Shown here: positions 41,145-55,146 of the stretch, piece by piece
How positions within the stretch are numbered: position 1 is the stretch's first letter
Layout: each line of letters begins with the position of its first letter
DNA from: Eledone cirrhosa
Taxonomy: Eukaryota
DNA: 64,000 nucleotides
NCBI GenBank assembly: GCA_964016885.1
Contig: OZ024740.1
Location: 263,190,001 to 263,254,000 of the forward strand
Direction of reading: 5' to 3'
The notes under the pieces: model-generated
Told to the model about the DNA's origin: nothing
Databases searched by the model: none
What the model saw: the letters and a program-made list of their open reading frames with translations, nothing else
Made by a program: the position numbers and the translations under genes

Positions 41145-41544
41145 GAAAATACATATATATATACATACATAGCACTGACAACAGCTGGTGATATGCATGT
41201 AAGTAAATATTCTCCTTATTTAATATTCTGTAACTAAGCTTACATAGATCGATAACGAAATATAGTTACGATGTATTATCATCACCTAGAAACGATCGTA
41301 AAGCAGTGAAGTATATTTGTAATGACTATATTTTTTATTTCATTGTTTTAACATATATATACATATATATATATACATACATATATATATGCACATACAT
41401 AAATATATATATACATATATATATATACATACATATATATATATATGTATATATACATATATATATACATATATATATATATATACATACAAATATATAT
41501 ATACATACAAATATATATACATATATATATATATATATACATAC

Positions 41545-41606
<62 letters not shown>

Positions 41607-41670
41607 GCACACACATATATATATATATGCACAAACATATATATATATATATGTATATATATGAACATAC

Positions 41671-41721
<51 letters not shown>

Positions 41722-41755
41722 CATATGCACATACACATATATATATATATATATA

Positions 41756-41902
41756 CAGAAGATCCCGTTAGGGGTGAAAGCAGCGATTCTTTGCTTAAAC
41801 TTTTATCTGTTATTTTAATAAATATATATATATATATATAAATATATATATACATATATATATATGCACATACATATATATATACATACATACATACATA
41901 CA

Positions 41903-41938
<36 letters not shown>

Positions 41939-42251
41939 TATACATATATATGCACATACATATATATATATATATACATACATATATATATATAGACATA
42001 TATATATATATATACACATACATATATATATATATACATACATATATATAAATACATATATATATATATACACACATATATATATTCACATACATATATA
42101 TACATATATATATATATAAATACATATATATATATATAAATATATATGTATATATATATATACATATATATATGCACATAAATATATATATATATACATA
42201 TGCACATACATATATATATACAAACGTATATATATATACATATATATATAT

Positions 42252-42291
<40 letters not shown>

Positions 42292-42315
42292 TATATAATT
42301 ACACATATATTCACA

Positions 42316-42347
<32 letters not shown>

Positions 42348-42629
42348 CATATATATATACATATATATGCATACATATATATATACATACATATATATAT
42401 ATACATATATATGTATAAATATATATATGCACATACATATATATATACATGCATACATATATATATATATTTATTAAAATAACAGATTAAGCTTTAAGCA
42501 AAGAATCGCTGCTTTCATCCTTAACGGGATCTTTTGAATCTGTTATTTTAATAAATATTCGCTCTACGGTTCTTATATATTTGATATATACCCCTACTTA
42601 TCGAGCACTCTTTGGATTTTAGTCTTCAA

Positions 42630-42630
<1 letters not shown>
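41756..42630. mobile_element. Rearranged PLE-B 3' end fragments around a (TA)-rich tract
   Basis: 41756-41823 (+), 42468-42537 (-) and 42538-42630 (+) match 24384-24520. Confidence 0.85.
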
Positions 42631-42686
<56 letters not shown>

Positions 42687-42691
42687 TGTGT

Positions 42692-42745
<54 letters not shown>

Positions 42746-42881
42746 GATAGATAGAGAGACGCCTTTATGTATCTATCTATATATGTAAGTATACATGCAT
42801 GTTTTCATTTATACGTATGTGTGAGTGCCTATGTGCGTATTTGCAAGTGTGAGTGGTAAATATTTAAATCTAATAATTATA

Positions 42882-42913
<32 letters not shown>

Positions 42914-43205
42914 CATTTATGTGTGTGTGTGTGTATGTGTGAGTGTGTATGTGTGTTTGTATATATACATATACGCTTGAGTATATAGATTGAAGTAAGC
43001 GAAAAACCTAACTTCATTATGGAAGATAACCAGTGCTTGTGACGTCTGTTTGTGCCAATGAACTGTGATCGCCCTTTAGCTTTTTAGAACAAAACTCTAT
43101 GCTAAAGAAAAGTTAATAGAATAAAAAAAAAATAAAATCAATAAAGTTGAAGACAATGGGCGCGCAGACTTACGTATATTCCTGTATACGTCTACATACA
43201 TACAC

Positions 43206-43252
<47 letters not shown>

Positions 43253-44764
43253 GACATATACCTGTATATATTGAAGACGACACCGTGCAGTAAACAAGCG
43301 AATCATAAAACATCACGAGGTAATACATGAGAATCATTTTTCTAACCTTCTCCCCCAGCCTATATGTGATGTTGTATTTCATATTGTTTTTCCTTTTATA
43401 TGTTTATTCATTTACTTCCCCTCACCCTTCCGTCTCGATTCGACTGCTTTTCTCTCTTTTGTGTGTCATTCTATTTTCTTTTTATGTATTTCCCCTTATT
43501 TCTTTGACTCATTCTATTTCTATAGCATATTTTCTCCCCCTCTTTCATTCATTATATTCCCTAATTTATTTCATTCCTCTCTGTCGCTGGGGGAAAATGT
43601 GCTACACTGAATTTTCAATTAGAAAACTTGCCTTGAGTTGCTTGTACAGGCTGCGAGTAGAAAACACTGGCCTTAGGTGGTCTTTTGTCATCTGTAAAAT
43701 AGAAATGGTAAGCTATCCATTGTCTTTCTAGATTTTCAGTTAGGAAATAATATTTGCCTCGAGAAGATCTACATTTGAGTCATATAGATTGGCCTTAGGT
43801 TGTCCATATTAACTTTGAATCCAATGGAATCGCCTAAAGATTCAGTTGCGAACTTTTTAGTATAAGTGAGTAATATTTGCCTTCAGGAGTGTTCAGAGGT
43901 TTTCTGCGTTTATGAAAACAAAAGGAAGCAGAAAAGGAGCTAAAAAATTTCAGTTTGGAGAAAATAGAAAACGGAAAATTAGATTTGGAGGGAAAAATAT
44001 CTGAAACTCTATTTTTTAAAGAATAATATAAAAACTATAGTAATATTGAAAGGGCCCGTTGGCTCTGTGAAACTATATTAAACATGCTAACAAAAAGGAA
44101 ACCTTATAAACGTGAGTTACGGTTTTACTTTATAAAATTTAGATTTGATTACATTCCCACATTTAGTAACGCGGGATTTAAGTTACCAAATTTGCTAGTA
44201 TAATCTATGAACACTTCTCTAATTTTCTTACCTTCGAAACGATGTATATTGAAATCGAGATTTAATGATATTTTGGTAAATGTTAGCTTCCATTTATTCT
44301 TATGTATTATATTTCAAGTATTTATTTATGTACTTATGTTGCCCTCCATAATAAAATATATATCGTTGTAGATTCAACATCGATTGCGACGATGAATATT
44401 CATGTGCAGATATGTGTACAGCTAAAGCAGCTTTGATCCACCATGTCCTGATAGTTCGGTTGAATTACTGGTACATTCCAAGAAAGCCAGAGAGACAGAG
44501 AAGAAATAATTGTTTAAAGAGAACAATAGAGCGAATTATATTCCCTGTTAATTTATTCATCGAATTCAAAGGGAAGAAAAGAAAAGTCGATGTCCGTGTG
44601 TCTTACCGTTTTTGCTAAAGCATCTCGTCGTCAAATAATCACAGTAATATCATAACAATGATTCTAGATCTACATAATTATTCACCAATAATTTCATGAT
44701 ATCTCGCATCTAATAAATAATAAAGAAAGATATACCAAAAATAAAACATTCTATCTTAATAATT

Positions 44765-45098
44765 CGGTGGAACTTCGATTCACCCCTCCCCCCAACCACG
44801 AACAAATCAGCTTACGAACAAATTTTCCGAACACACAATGTCTCGGTTCACGAAGGTGTCTCGAGTAACGAATGCAAACCGGGATCAACAGTTGGAGACA
44901 AGTTGGGAGTATTGGCGGATAATGTTTACTTGTGTAGTTTCTATTGCGATATCTATCTGTCTTTCACACACACGGTCTCTTTCCCTCACTGTATTTCTCT
45001 CTCAACATTTCGTAAGAAAAAATAGTTTCGATTTACGATCCTTTCGGCTGACGAACGGCCTTCAGGAAGAATTAACTTCTTGAACCGAAGTTCTACTG
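44765..45098. mobile_element. Tigger/pogo-like MITE, decayed
   Basis: TIR-like ends cggtggaacttcgattca / tgaaccgaagttctactg; internal acgaa-type subterminal repeats. Confidence 0.65.
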
Positions 45099-45644
45099 CA
45101 TTAAATAACAAAGGTATCTGTGTGGCGGTTGATCCTTCATGTTTCTTCAAATCAAATTGCCAATGTCTGAATATTGTATCCCTCTACCGTAATTCCTATT
45201 ACTTATTCGTTATAGGTAATTGAAATCAACACTGTAGGAGTTATAACATGGTCCTAGATGGAGGACATTTTCTCCACAGACCTACTTAATTAGAAGAAAT
45301 ATTCGTCTTAACCAATTTTAATAGGCACTTATTTCTTATTTAGAAAAATAAAAGAACACCAATACAACCGAAATAACGAGAAGGCCCCTCTGTGGTGGCC
45401 GTTTGATCTGTTACCAAATTCTCTCTCAAATCACAAACATTTTTCTTTCAATAGGAAGAACACTTTAGATAAAAGATAAAGTATAGTATCTTCTGAAATA
45501 AAAGACAGTATTTAAAAGTTTAGACTTCCTATGATCATAGGTTTCATCGATCTGATGAATTATAATTATTCTGAGACCAAAATAATTTCGGAAGGACAAA
45601 AAACAAATTGACCCGATTGGATCTAAACGTTTGAATGAAATGAA

Positions 45645-45830
45645 ATAATTGTTTCTACTTTACGCACAAGGCCAGCGATTTGAAGGGGGAGGGGAAAGTC
45701 GATTAAATCGATCCCAGTACTTACTGGTGCTTTATTCCATCTCCCCGTATTTGAACTCTGAACGTAAAGGGCATGACTCTCTTCCCCGAAGCAGGGTGTC
45801 TAACGGTCTACCTATACTGCCAATCCAAAG
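45645..45830 (-). mobile_element. SINE with internal deletion
   Basis: Matches the 12313-12530 family. Confidence 0.75.
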
Positions 45831-46539
45831 GCATTTAGACCAGCGCTTCAGCATTTATAACTCTGCTACAGCTCTTGAATTCACAACAAGCATCACAGCA
45901 AGACCTTCCGATCAATACCGCATCATTCTCAGCTTTCAATGCTATGAAAACAATGTGAACTGTGTTGAAAACTGTTTTATTTTACGTCGAAAATAGCAAT
46001 CATTAAAAAGAATGAAATTGTTAATTTCTAAATAATTTGCTACGGTAAATAGAATTTGTTATTGTATGAGATGGAAATACTGTCTACTTTATCATTTATA
46101 ATGATTGATCAGCACTTCATAGTCTCCTGTTGCAGATTGTTTTAACGAGAAATATTCATGAAAATAGAGAGAAAAAAAGTTTAAGAGAAGGTGTGCAACG
46201 TCATACCCATAACATTTCAAAACAAGATAAAAGCTCATGAGTTACATTCAAGAGAGCTACCAGTAATTTTACTAATCTTAGTAATATTTAATAACCAGAA
46301 ATAATGATGGAAATTGACAAGATATTTTTACAATGGAAAGGAAATTGTTAAATTTTCTTCTTTTGGCGAAAGAAAAACACAATCAGTAATTCTTTGAATA
46401 CATCTAAATCTAATAGTTAAAATAAATGCTCTTTAATACGGAGAAATATATTTTTGTATTCACTTGAACCAATTTTATAGATTTTAATCTATTGTTGGTC
46501 TTCGTTGATACGCACCAAATTTTTTCAGCATCTGATCTC

Positions 46540-46680
46540 ATCATTGGTTAAATCGTTAGAGCGCCAGAAAAAATGATTGCTGTATTCACGTTTCATACAG
46601 ATCTTTACGTTCTGAGTTTAAATTTGGTTGATGTCACCTCAGTCTTTCATTTTGCCAGGATTGATAAAATAAAGTACTCT
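46540..46680 (+). mobile_element. Old, diverged SINE copy
   Basis: ctttacgttctgagtttaaat..ctttcat..gataaaataaagtac. Confidence 0.6.
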
Positions 46681-46939
46681 GTTTCTTAGTGATTTAAGGT
46701 CAATCACATGAATTTAGTAAAAGACGCTACGTCATGAGAGAAAAACTGTTTGGGGAAAAAAATTGCATGAATAATTTTGAGATTCTCCTCGACTGATCTA
46801 CTCAATAAAACCACCATTTGTATCAATGACTGTTACAATACGAGGACTGAAACAGTGACATAGCCGGATCAGATTATCTTATCTAATTATATTTTGAACA
46901 TTGTGTTTGTTACAGCAAACTTCAGCGATTTCATGGTGT

Positions 46940-47400
46940 TATGTGGGCGTTGATTGACTTCCCTCGCAACTATGCTCCTTAGGAGTTAGGTCTAGTGAGT
47001 TAGGAAGCCATGTGTTTGGGATGACGTGAGCGTATCGAATGTAACTCATGCATTCTCGGGTCGTTTTGGCCTTATAAGACAGCGGCGTATATTTCTTTTG
47101 GTAGGTGTACGGTTTCTCTTTGTTCATGCTCTCTATTCAAGGTGTCACTATCCTTTCTAATACCTCCTTATATTCAGCAGTATTGACCTTTAAGCCCCGG
47201 AGATAAAACGTGGAAGCATAACACCTCTCTTGCTGCTTACGTCTCCAAGAACTATCATAGAAAACGGAAACTTTGTATGCATGCCCGTTAAAATTTCATT
47301 AGGTTCTCTGCATAAGCATATCTTATTTCTTAGGTTGGCCGTTTAGTTCCGATCAAAGTTTTCTCATTAAAGAAAAAAACGAAAGCATTCCAGCCTCTTG
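46940..47400 (-). pseudogene. Tc1/mariner-superfamily transposase remnant (DD37D/maT-like)
   Basis: KFPFSMIVLGDVSS, GLKVNTAEYKEVLE, PYTYQKKYTP, WLPNSLDLTP (degenerate WPxxSPDLNP). Confidence 0.72.
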
Positions 47401-48079
47401 ATGTTTCACCAAGCAATTTGTAAGGACCGGACGGCTTTCTTTGTAGATATGGACTGATATCCTCACATCACATATGACTTGTATCGAAGGTCCCCATGAA
47501 CAATAGTACTATTGAAGTATTCAGCTCCTTATAAATGGCGCTAACTGACTTCCAAAACACTCTTCTTCAATTATTCTACTCTCTATTGTTTTTCACATTT
47601 TTCTGTCACTTCAATATTTTTCATCGTCAGGCTATTTTTGGAGTCTGACGATAATAGTTATATATCGCTCATTGCCTGGACATTTCTTTGTCGTTTTCGC
47701 TTTTTTTCGGGAGAGTTTCATCGTGGTTGGTAGCAGCCACTGTTGTGCTTGTGGTTTCATATAGCCCACAAATCACCGTCCCTGCTGCTCTTTCTTTTGT
47801 AAATGTGACGTGGATAGCGGGAGCAGTAGGAAGATTTGTACCATCTTCATTTCCTGTACCGTAGGACACAAAATCACTGACGTAGCCTGCTTTTTTACGA
47901 GTATTGCATTTGAGCTTCTTACCCTTAAGTAATACTTGCATTCCTTCACAATTTTCGAAGTAGAAACAACCGGGTAATTTCTATTGTCTCAGAGGCAATT
48001 GAAACTTAGAATTCCAGGGATACTCCTCTACTAATTTGTTGCATATTGGATTTGAATAATAAATATAATAATACCAATA

Positions 48080-48526
48080 ATGATTTTTACAATAGGCACA
48101 AAGCCAGCAGATTAAGGGGATGGAAACATCGACTAAATCGACCACAGTGCATAACTGGTACATTATTTCATCGAGGCAAAGCTAACCACGGCGGGATTTG
48201 AAATAAGAACATAAAGGGCCATAACTCTAGGCCAAAAAGCATGTTGTCCGACGCTCTAAACGCAGAAATTTGTGGTGAAAAAATATAGATCGCTTCAGCC
48301 CTAATAATAATGATTTCTATTATAGGCACAAGACCAGTAATTTTTGAGGAGGGGAAAGTCGATTAAATCGAACCCAGTACTTTACAGGTGTTTTATTTTA
48401 TCGACCCCGTAAGGATGAAAGGCAAAGTTAACCTCGGCCGGATGTGAAGTCAGATCATAAAAGGCCGTAACTCTATGCTGCAAAGCATGGTGCTCCACGC
48501 TCTACCGATACTGCCATTCCACCGCC
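48080..48526 (-). mobile_element. Two tandem SINE copies
   Basis: ~48080-48260 (diverged) and ~48303-48526. Confidence 0.85.
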
Positions 48527-48536
48527 GTCTTCAAGC

Positions 48537-51500
48537 CTAATAATAATAACAATAATGGTTTCATTTATTGGCAACAAGGGCCGACATATAGGGGACAATA
48601 CAATAGACGGGGTTTTTACACAAAATCGAGTAAAGAATAGGAAAACAATAACGATAAACAAGAAAATGCAACAACGAAAATTCCCCAAATAGAGGGGATA
48701 ACCACCCGGGTTGATTCAGGTACTCCACCATTTTTGAACGTTCTGACGCTTCGAGGGAACACTGGAAGGGCACCCCGCTTCTCCTAATTCACCAGCATAA
48801 AGGAGCATGATAAAAGTAGGCCCACTCACACGGACCATTCTCGCCACATTCACCCACCTTTCAGCAAATGTAGTGGGGATTAGCACTTCTCTCTCCACCC
48901 TCACCTTCATTTCCAATGAAATTAGAAAAGGTTGATGAGGGATTGGCCGAAAAGAAAAATATCTGTCTTCAGTCCTTTCAAACTGGTCCACCATACAAAC
49001 TCTTTCGCTACTTCTACCAGACAGAGGAAAATTGCCTGCCCTTCCTGACCAAAAGAAGGCGGTGGGTCGATCTTCACTATGGACTCGACCGGTAGCTGGA
49101 TCCGTTCTAGACGTGACAACAGCTGTTCGACATAAATCCACAAGTCAGTAATGCGGTCAATGTACGTGTGCGAGCAGAACGGTTTCGTCGCTCTGTACGC
49201 ATCACGGGCAGATCCGTCTCATAGCACTTCCGTGCCTGTAGAATTTATCTCGAACCGGCAATGCCCCCGGTAGCAATGCCAAGTGAGGGATTTTTGGAAG
49301 TTATCCATCGCCCCCGGCTCGAATGTCCTCCGGAACAGACTGGTTAGTTCGACTTCGTTGATGCCCAGAGCCTCTCAGAGTACGTCATCGCACTTCCCAC
49401 CACTAATCCTTTCGAGAGTGGAAGTTTCGCTGACCGCATTGCGCGCCTGGTAGAGGGCAGTGAGTGTTTGGCAACATTCCAGTTGCTAGGCGCACAGTCT
49501 TGGTCACTTCTTGACCCAGGAATGCAGCTCAGTCAAGATACAATGCATGCCCAGCCCTCCACGTAGAGGGTGCTGGCAGCAGATGGACTGCCTCACCAGC
49601 GAAACCTGTCCCCTCCACAGGAATTTAAAGAGGAGCGGTTCCAACTTGATGAGGCACGATGGGGGCATGGCACGACGGTCAGGCGGTAGTAGATGACGGA
49701 CACAGTGTACAAACTCACCACCTCCACCCAACATGTCAGTGGTAGCTTCCTCGCAGCTCATTTCTGGGTGAGGCAGGCTACGCTGCTCAACACCCAATCC
49801 CAATTCTTATCCACCTGGTGGTCTGGCCTAAATCAAACTCCGATAGTTTACCGGTCCGTCCAGCGCCCAACGACGTTGATGGATGGCATGAACTTGCCTC
49901 TCCAGGTGCCGAGTTGCAAGCGCAGCGAATTTTCCACTTGAAGTTTCGCTCCTGTCAACCTTTCATATTCCTCCAAAAAGGTGCGGACCACCTCAATTTC
50001 CGAGGTGTCCGACACCATCACGCTGATGTCATCCTCATAATACGACACAGCCTTTCCGCGTCCCGGTTAGAGCGGGATGCGCTGCAACAGTTCCAGCTTC
50101 CGCAGTAAAGGCTCGAGAGTCAATACGTACAGAAGGTAGGAGAGAGAGCACTCTTGACGGACGGATAGGGAGATCTGAAACGGTTTTAAAAGATGACCAA
50201 CAAGCAGATGCCGCTGTGCATTGCAGCGATCCAGTTTCTGAAGACGGGACCGAAGTCAGCTGCTTTGAGGACAGCCTCCACATACCGATGGTCGTGGTAA
50301 CCCTTACTGAATGCTTTCGATTGTCTAAATTGATCCGAGCTCCACTGAAGCCAGGTTTAGACCCTACACTTTCCATGATATATCGTATGAGGTGGAGGTT
50401 GTCATGTATGGACCTGGTCGGATTGCACACGTTTACGCCTCCCCAACCAAATCTTCGACGACAAGGGCCAATATCTTCGCTAACACCTTGGCCAAACTCT
50501 TAAACTCTATGTTGAGCAGAGTTATGTGCCTAATGTTATCTAATGTGTCCCTCTTGTTCTTGTCTTTCCTTATCAGTGTCACTACGCCCCGGCTCACAGA
50601 ACTGGGAATACGCCAGTTCTTCTGCCAGTTGCAGTAGAGCGTTTCGAGGAGATCGAAGAATAAGTCTGGCATTTTTACGTAAAGCTCGTTGGGCAGACCA
50701 TCCAAACCAGGTGACTTACGTCTCGTGAAGTCGACAAGGGCGTACTAAATTTCGGCTGAAATTATCAGCCTTTCGCAGCGGTCAGTGTCGGCCCTCGAGA
50801 GGCGTGGCAAGCCGTCGAGGTAGGGAAGGAAGTCCGCCATCGTCTTTGACCCTCCCCTTCCCCCGAACAACCGAGGAAATTGCTGGCGAAACGCCTCACA
50901 CATCCGCCTGGATTTGCTCAGCTCGTGTCCACCTCGGTCCGTCAAAGACCGAATTATGGTTTTCTTACCACACTGCGCTTCTGGCACGCCGGCCCATCGA
51001 ACAGCTTCGGTTCCCTCGTTTCTCAGAGCCCGCGCCTTAGCACTGACAATACAACCTTCGTGTTTCTCTTTGAAGAAATGGTCTGTCATACTTGCTGCTA
51101 GCACGTCACTTGCAATGCCACTTCAAATAGGCTTGTCTAACTTAGTTACCAGCTCCCCGCCTCCCTTTCTCATTTTCTCTACCGCTATTTCTTTACTAAG
51201 CCCTGTCGAAATGACTATACTCTCTCTTTTGAGAGCCTCCCACCATCTGTTGTTGACTACCCCCCTGTCAATTTTTTCATAACTAATTTGTTGACGGACC
51301 CTCTAAGCCTTTCATGCCGAAAACGACATGTTCAGCTTCCACTAACCAGGTACTAACCTACGCATCACATCTAGGTCGGCCACACAAATCACAAACTTGT
51401 GATCTGAAGAGGCGTCTGTTTCAAAACATGGACAGCCTACACTATTTCTATGTATTTTCTTAATGAAAATCCTGTCTAAATACGATCTAGATAACACTAT

Positions 51501-54190
51501 GCGGTTCGTCCAGGTCCATAATGGGGCATTAGGGAAATTTAGTCGGTAGTTGTCAGACAGTTGGAAATGGCTGATTAGGTACTTGAGGCTTTTGCACCCC
51601 CCGCTCCTATCCGCTACTCCCACACAGTCCCAGCGTGCGTCTAAGATGTCGTTCCAGTTCCCTGCTAACAGTAAGGGGTGAGACGTACCGAGAAAGGCTT
51701 CCAGATGTCTAAAGATGTCCAGCTGTCCGGTCCCGGTAGGAGCGTACACAGCCACCAGTCTAAAGGCACCACCTTCGCTATTATTCATGTCCAGGACCAC
51801 CAGCTCACTGCCCGAGTCCCGGGAGATCGAACTTACCTCGAGATCCAGGCCTTCCTAAACAACACTGCCACCCCACATCCCATTCCTAACAGATGCGAAG
51901 ATCTGATAGTCGTCGAAAATGGTGGCTATTGCGCGCTTGTCCGAAATCCTGGTATGGTTGACGGCAATTACATCCATTTCAAGAGACCTGAGATCGTCGA
52001 GCAGGCGACCCTGCTTCCAGGGCAAAACCAGGCCACGAATATTTAAACATCCTACTCTCAACAAAGCCACGTTGGTAGGCTAAAGGAGAGAGGAAAGGTT
52101 TACTTGCCTTCCGGTGTCTTATGAAGGTCGGGTGGTTCGACCTCCATAGTTGGTGAGGTTTTCGTTTGGGAACCCCTTTAAACGTCTGGATGCTGGTTGT
52201 ATGTTCGGGGTTCCGGCGTCCCTAGGAAAGCTCTCTCAAATTTCTTTGTAGGAATCCAGCGACATTCGCACCAGAAACAAATTTTCTGGCACGCGAAATG
52301 TGCTTGAATCAAAAACCTCCCATTCTGTTTGGATTTCTTTACATCGTGATACGAATGTTATCAATTTCTCGTTGGCCTTTCTGATAAGCACGAAATTTTT
52401 ATTTATTTTGATGGTGCGGTTTTATTAGTGTGCGTTTGGATGACTGTAGTGGTGATGGTTTTGATGGTGTTGTTTCGGGTGTGTCTGTGTTTGTTGTGGG
52501 TGTGGAGTTTACAATTTCAGGCGTCTGTTTGTTTATTTGTTCTTGTGTGTTTAAGTAGTTTGCGTTCTGGGGATTATGTAGTGATGGTGATGGTGGTGGG
52601 GGTGTTGGTGTTGGTGTTGTTGGGGGAGTGTTTGCGTGGGTGGTGTATGCATTTTTTTAATTGTTGGTGGTTTTGTTCCTTGTGGGGCTTTTTCTTGTTT
52701 TCTTTTTTGTTTTAGGGGGATATATGGGTTTTCCCTCATCTTCACTACTCGAAGATGAGGGGTCTGTGGCTGTTAGTGTTTTTGTGTCTGTCTGTGTATT
52801 GATGTTTTTGTCCATGTATGTATTTTTGGAGAGAGGGGGAATACGAAAGCTGTCCTCGTTTCCCTCCTTGGTGGCCAATGTTGGTGGTGGTGTTCCCGTT
52901 GGTGTTGTTGCTGGCGGTTTGCCGGTGCCGGTGTTGGGGGTGGTCTGTGCCCAGGCGTCCGCCACAGTGGAAACCTTCGACCCCTTGCACTTTTTAGCAG
53001 TTGAGAGCAGAATGCTCACAAATGGGATGTTTCCCCGCAAAAGAAACAATGCGGCCTTTTGCCCGCCGTCATTATGTCTAACACTATTCCGTTTTGGAGG
53101 CGTGTGTGGTCCGCTATCCTTTTTACACTTTCGGGCCTTATCTAGAGAAATATATCCAGGTCAAGTCCGGACAAGTCCTCCCTGGCAATTCTCGTGACCT
53201 CTATCGGGACCATATCCGTCCCCTCAACGATCACGTATCCTAGGAGTCACCACATGTCAAGACCTATGGAAATCCCGGGAATGCGAACACGAGCAGTTCT
53301 TTTTCCTATTTGGGAGAGGTACATAATGACCTTGCTGCTTTTCCAAGGGGTCATTGCATGTTTCATAGCGAGGGTTTCTGACTTAGACAGCACCGAAATG
53401 GTGCCGTATAGTCTGCCTCTCGCTATTTATTTAGTGTCACCCATGATGTACCTCAGCGCGGCTTCAATTAAAGCCTCCCTCTTTGTCTCTGCTGAAATGC
53501 ATTGTTCTACGCTCCGCTGCTTCAATGGCTTCTGTCGTTAACTTGGCTCAGGTTTGCTCTTGTTTGATGGGCTTCCAGGCCTGTGCAAAATTTTCATTTT
53601 TATTCGTGAGGTCCATGCAGAAGCATGGCCTCTATTTGGCTGCTGCCGCAGCGAAGGTGTTCTTCCTGTTGTTGGTGGTGGTGTTGTTGTTTTTATTGTT
53701 GTTGTTATTAGTGTTGTTGATATTGTTACTGCTGCGTTAGTTATATCTTTGGTGCCGCTGTTGTTGTTCTCAGTGCAGTTAGTCTTTTTACTGTTGGTGC
53801 TGTCGCTGTTCTTGTTGGTGGTGTTAATTTCGTTGTTTTTGTTGTCATTGTTTCTGTTGTCTGTGTTTTGGTTGTCGCTGTTACTGCTGTGCTTGTTGTT
53901 GTCTTATTAACTTTAGTGTTCTCACTGTTGCTGTTATTGTTCATGTTGTTTGTGGTCATGTTGCTAAATATGTTGTAGTATAATGTTTTGCTGTATCCCA
54001 CCTCTCAGCGTTTAAGCCGCTGTCACACGACAGCAGACATACAGCAGGGGACCTTGGCTCAGCTATGTTTATTTTTCGATGATTATTTTTTACATGAAGT
54101 TTAAATATTTGGGCCAAAAGGCCCAAATATTATAGCGTCTCCCATTCACAGGGCAAAGACCGAAGTCTTACGACCCTTTTGCAAAGAATA
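48537..54190 (-). mobile_element. L1/Tx1-type LINE, near full length, decayed
   Basis: APE LRVGCLNIRGL..SDHKFV; RT ITLLNIEFKSLAKVLA; ORF1 and 3' UTR homologous to 1-4475; (TTA)n-like tail; 5' boundary approximate. Confidence 0.9.
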
Positions 54191-54196
54191 TATGAA

Positions 54197-54620
54197 CTAA
54201 TACAAATATAAAAAATCTTGAAATTCGCTACCTTGTGGAGCTGACAAGAATACATCTATAAAAACAATGGAAAAACTGTCAAAATACAAAGTCCTGGAAA
54301 TAGAGATCAACTGCATGTGAAGGATGACCACAAACATTATCCCTGTGGTAATAGGAGCATTAGGATTAATACCCAAATCCTCAGACCTGCACCTTAGCGT
54401 CCTTCCCTGCAAGATCAGAAAATATGAGCTACAGAAGATCGGGCTACCAGGAACAGCACACATTCTCAGACGAGTTCTTTCTCTGCAATGAAACATTTAT
54501 TGCCCTTGGTTCAAGGCCTGAACCCGGCAACAGAGAAACAGACTGAGTTAAACGAAATATCACAACAACAACAACAACAATGATGATGATGATGATGATG
54601 ATGATGATGTTGATGATGAT
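54197..54620 (+). mobile_element. 3' end of an R4/Dong-like LINE
   Basis: EKLSKYKVLEIEI..IIPVVIGALG..ELQKIGLPGTAHILRRVLS; (CAA)n/(GAT)n tail. Confidence 0.78.
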
Positions 54621-55146
54621 GAGTTGAGAAAAAAGAGAAAGAAGTGCAAGAAAATGGCAAGAAGAATAAGAAAAAATAACACGAATTATAAGACAATACA
54701 CAGTAGTTTATTGATAACGATGATGATGATGGTGATGATGACGATGGCGATGATGATGTGACGATAATGAGGATGATGACAAAGCAACAATGATGGTGAT
54801 AATGATGATGATGATGATGATTATGATGAAAACAATGGTGACAACGACGATGCAGATTATTATATGGAGGAAACCGATGATAATTCATGATGCCAAAAGA
54901 AAAATGACTTTATGTTTTTGCAATAGTAAGAAGTATATGATTGCAATTCTCCACCATCCCCTAAAGACTAGAAACACAAACGCAAGTAACAAAAAAGGGA
55001 AACAAAATATAAGCCAACCTATTAAAAGAAAGGAATGAAAATAAACAAAAGCAGCCCGCACCCTTCCACGGATCAACAAAACAAAGCCTAAAATTATAAA
55101 TTACTATTATCGTTAATGATAAATGGAAGCAGATAGAGAAAAAATT

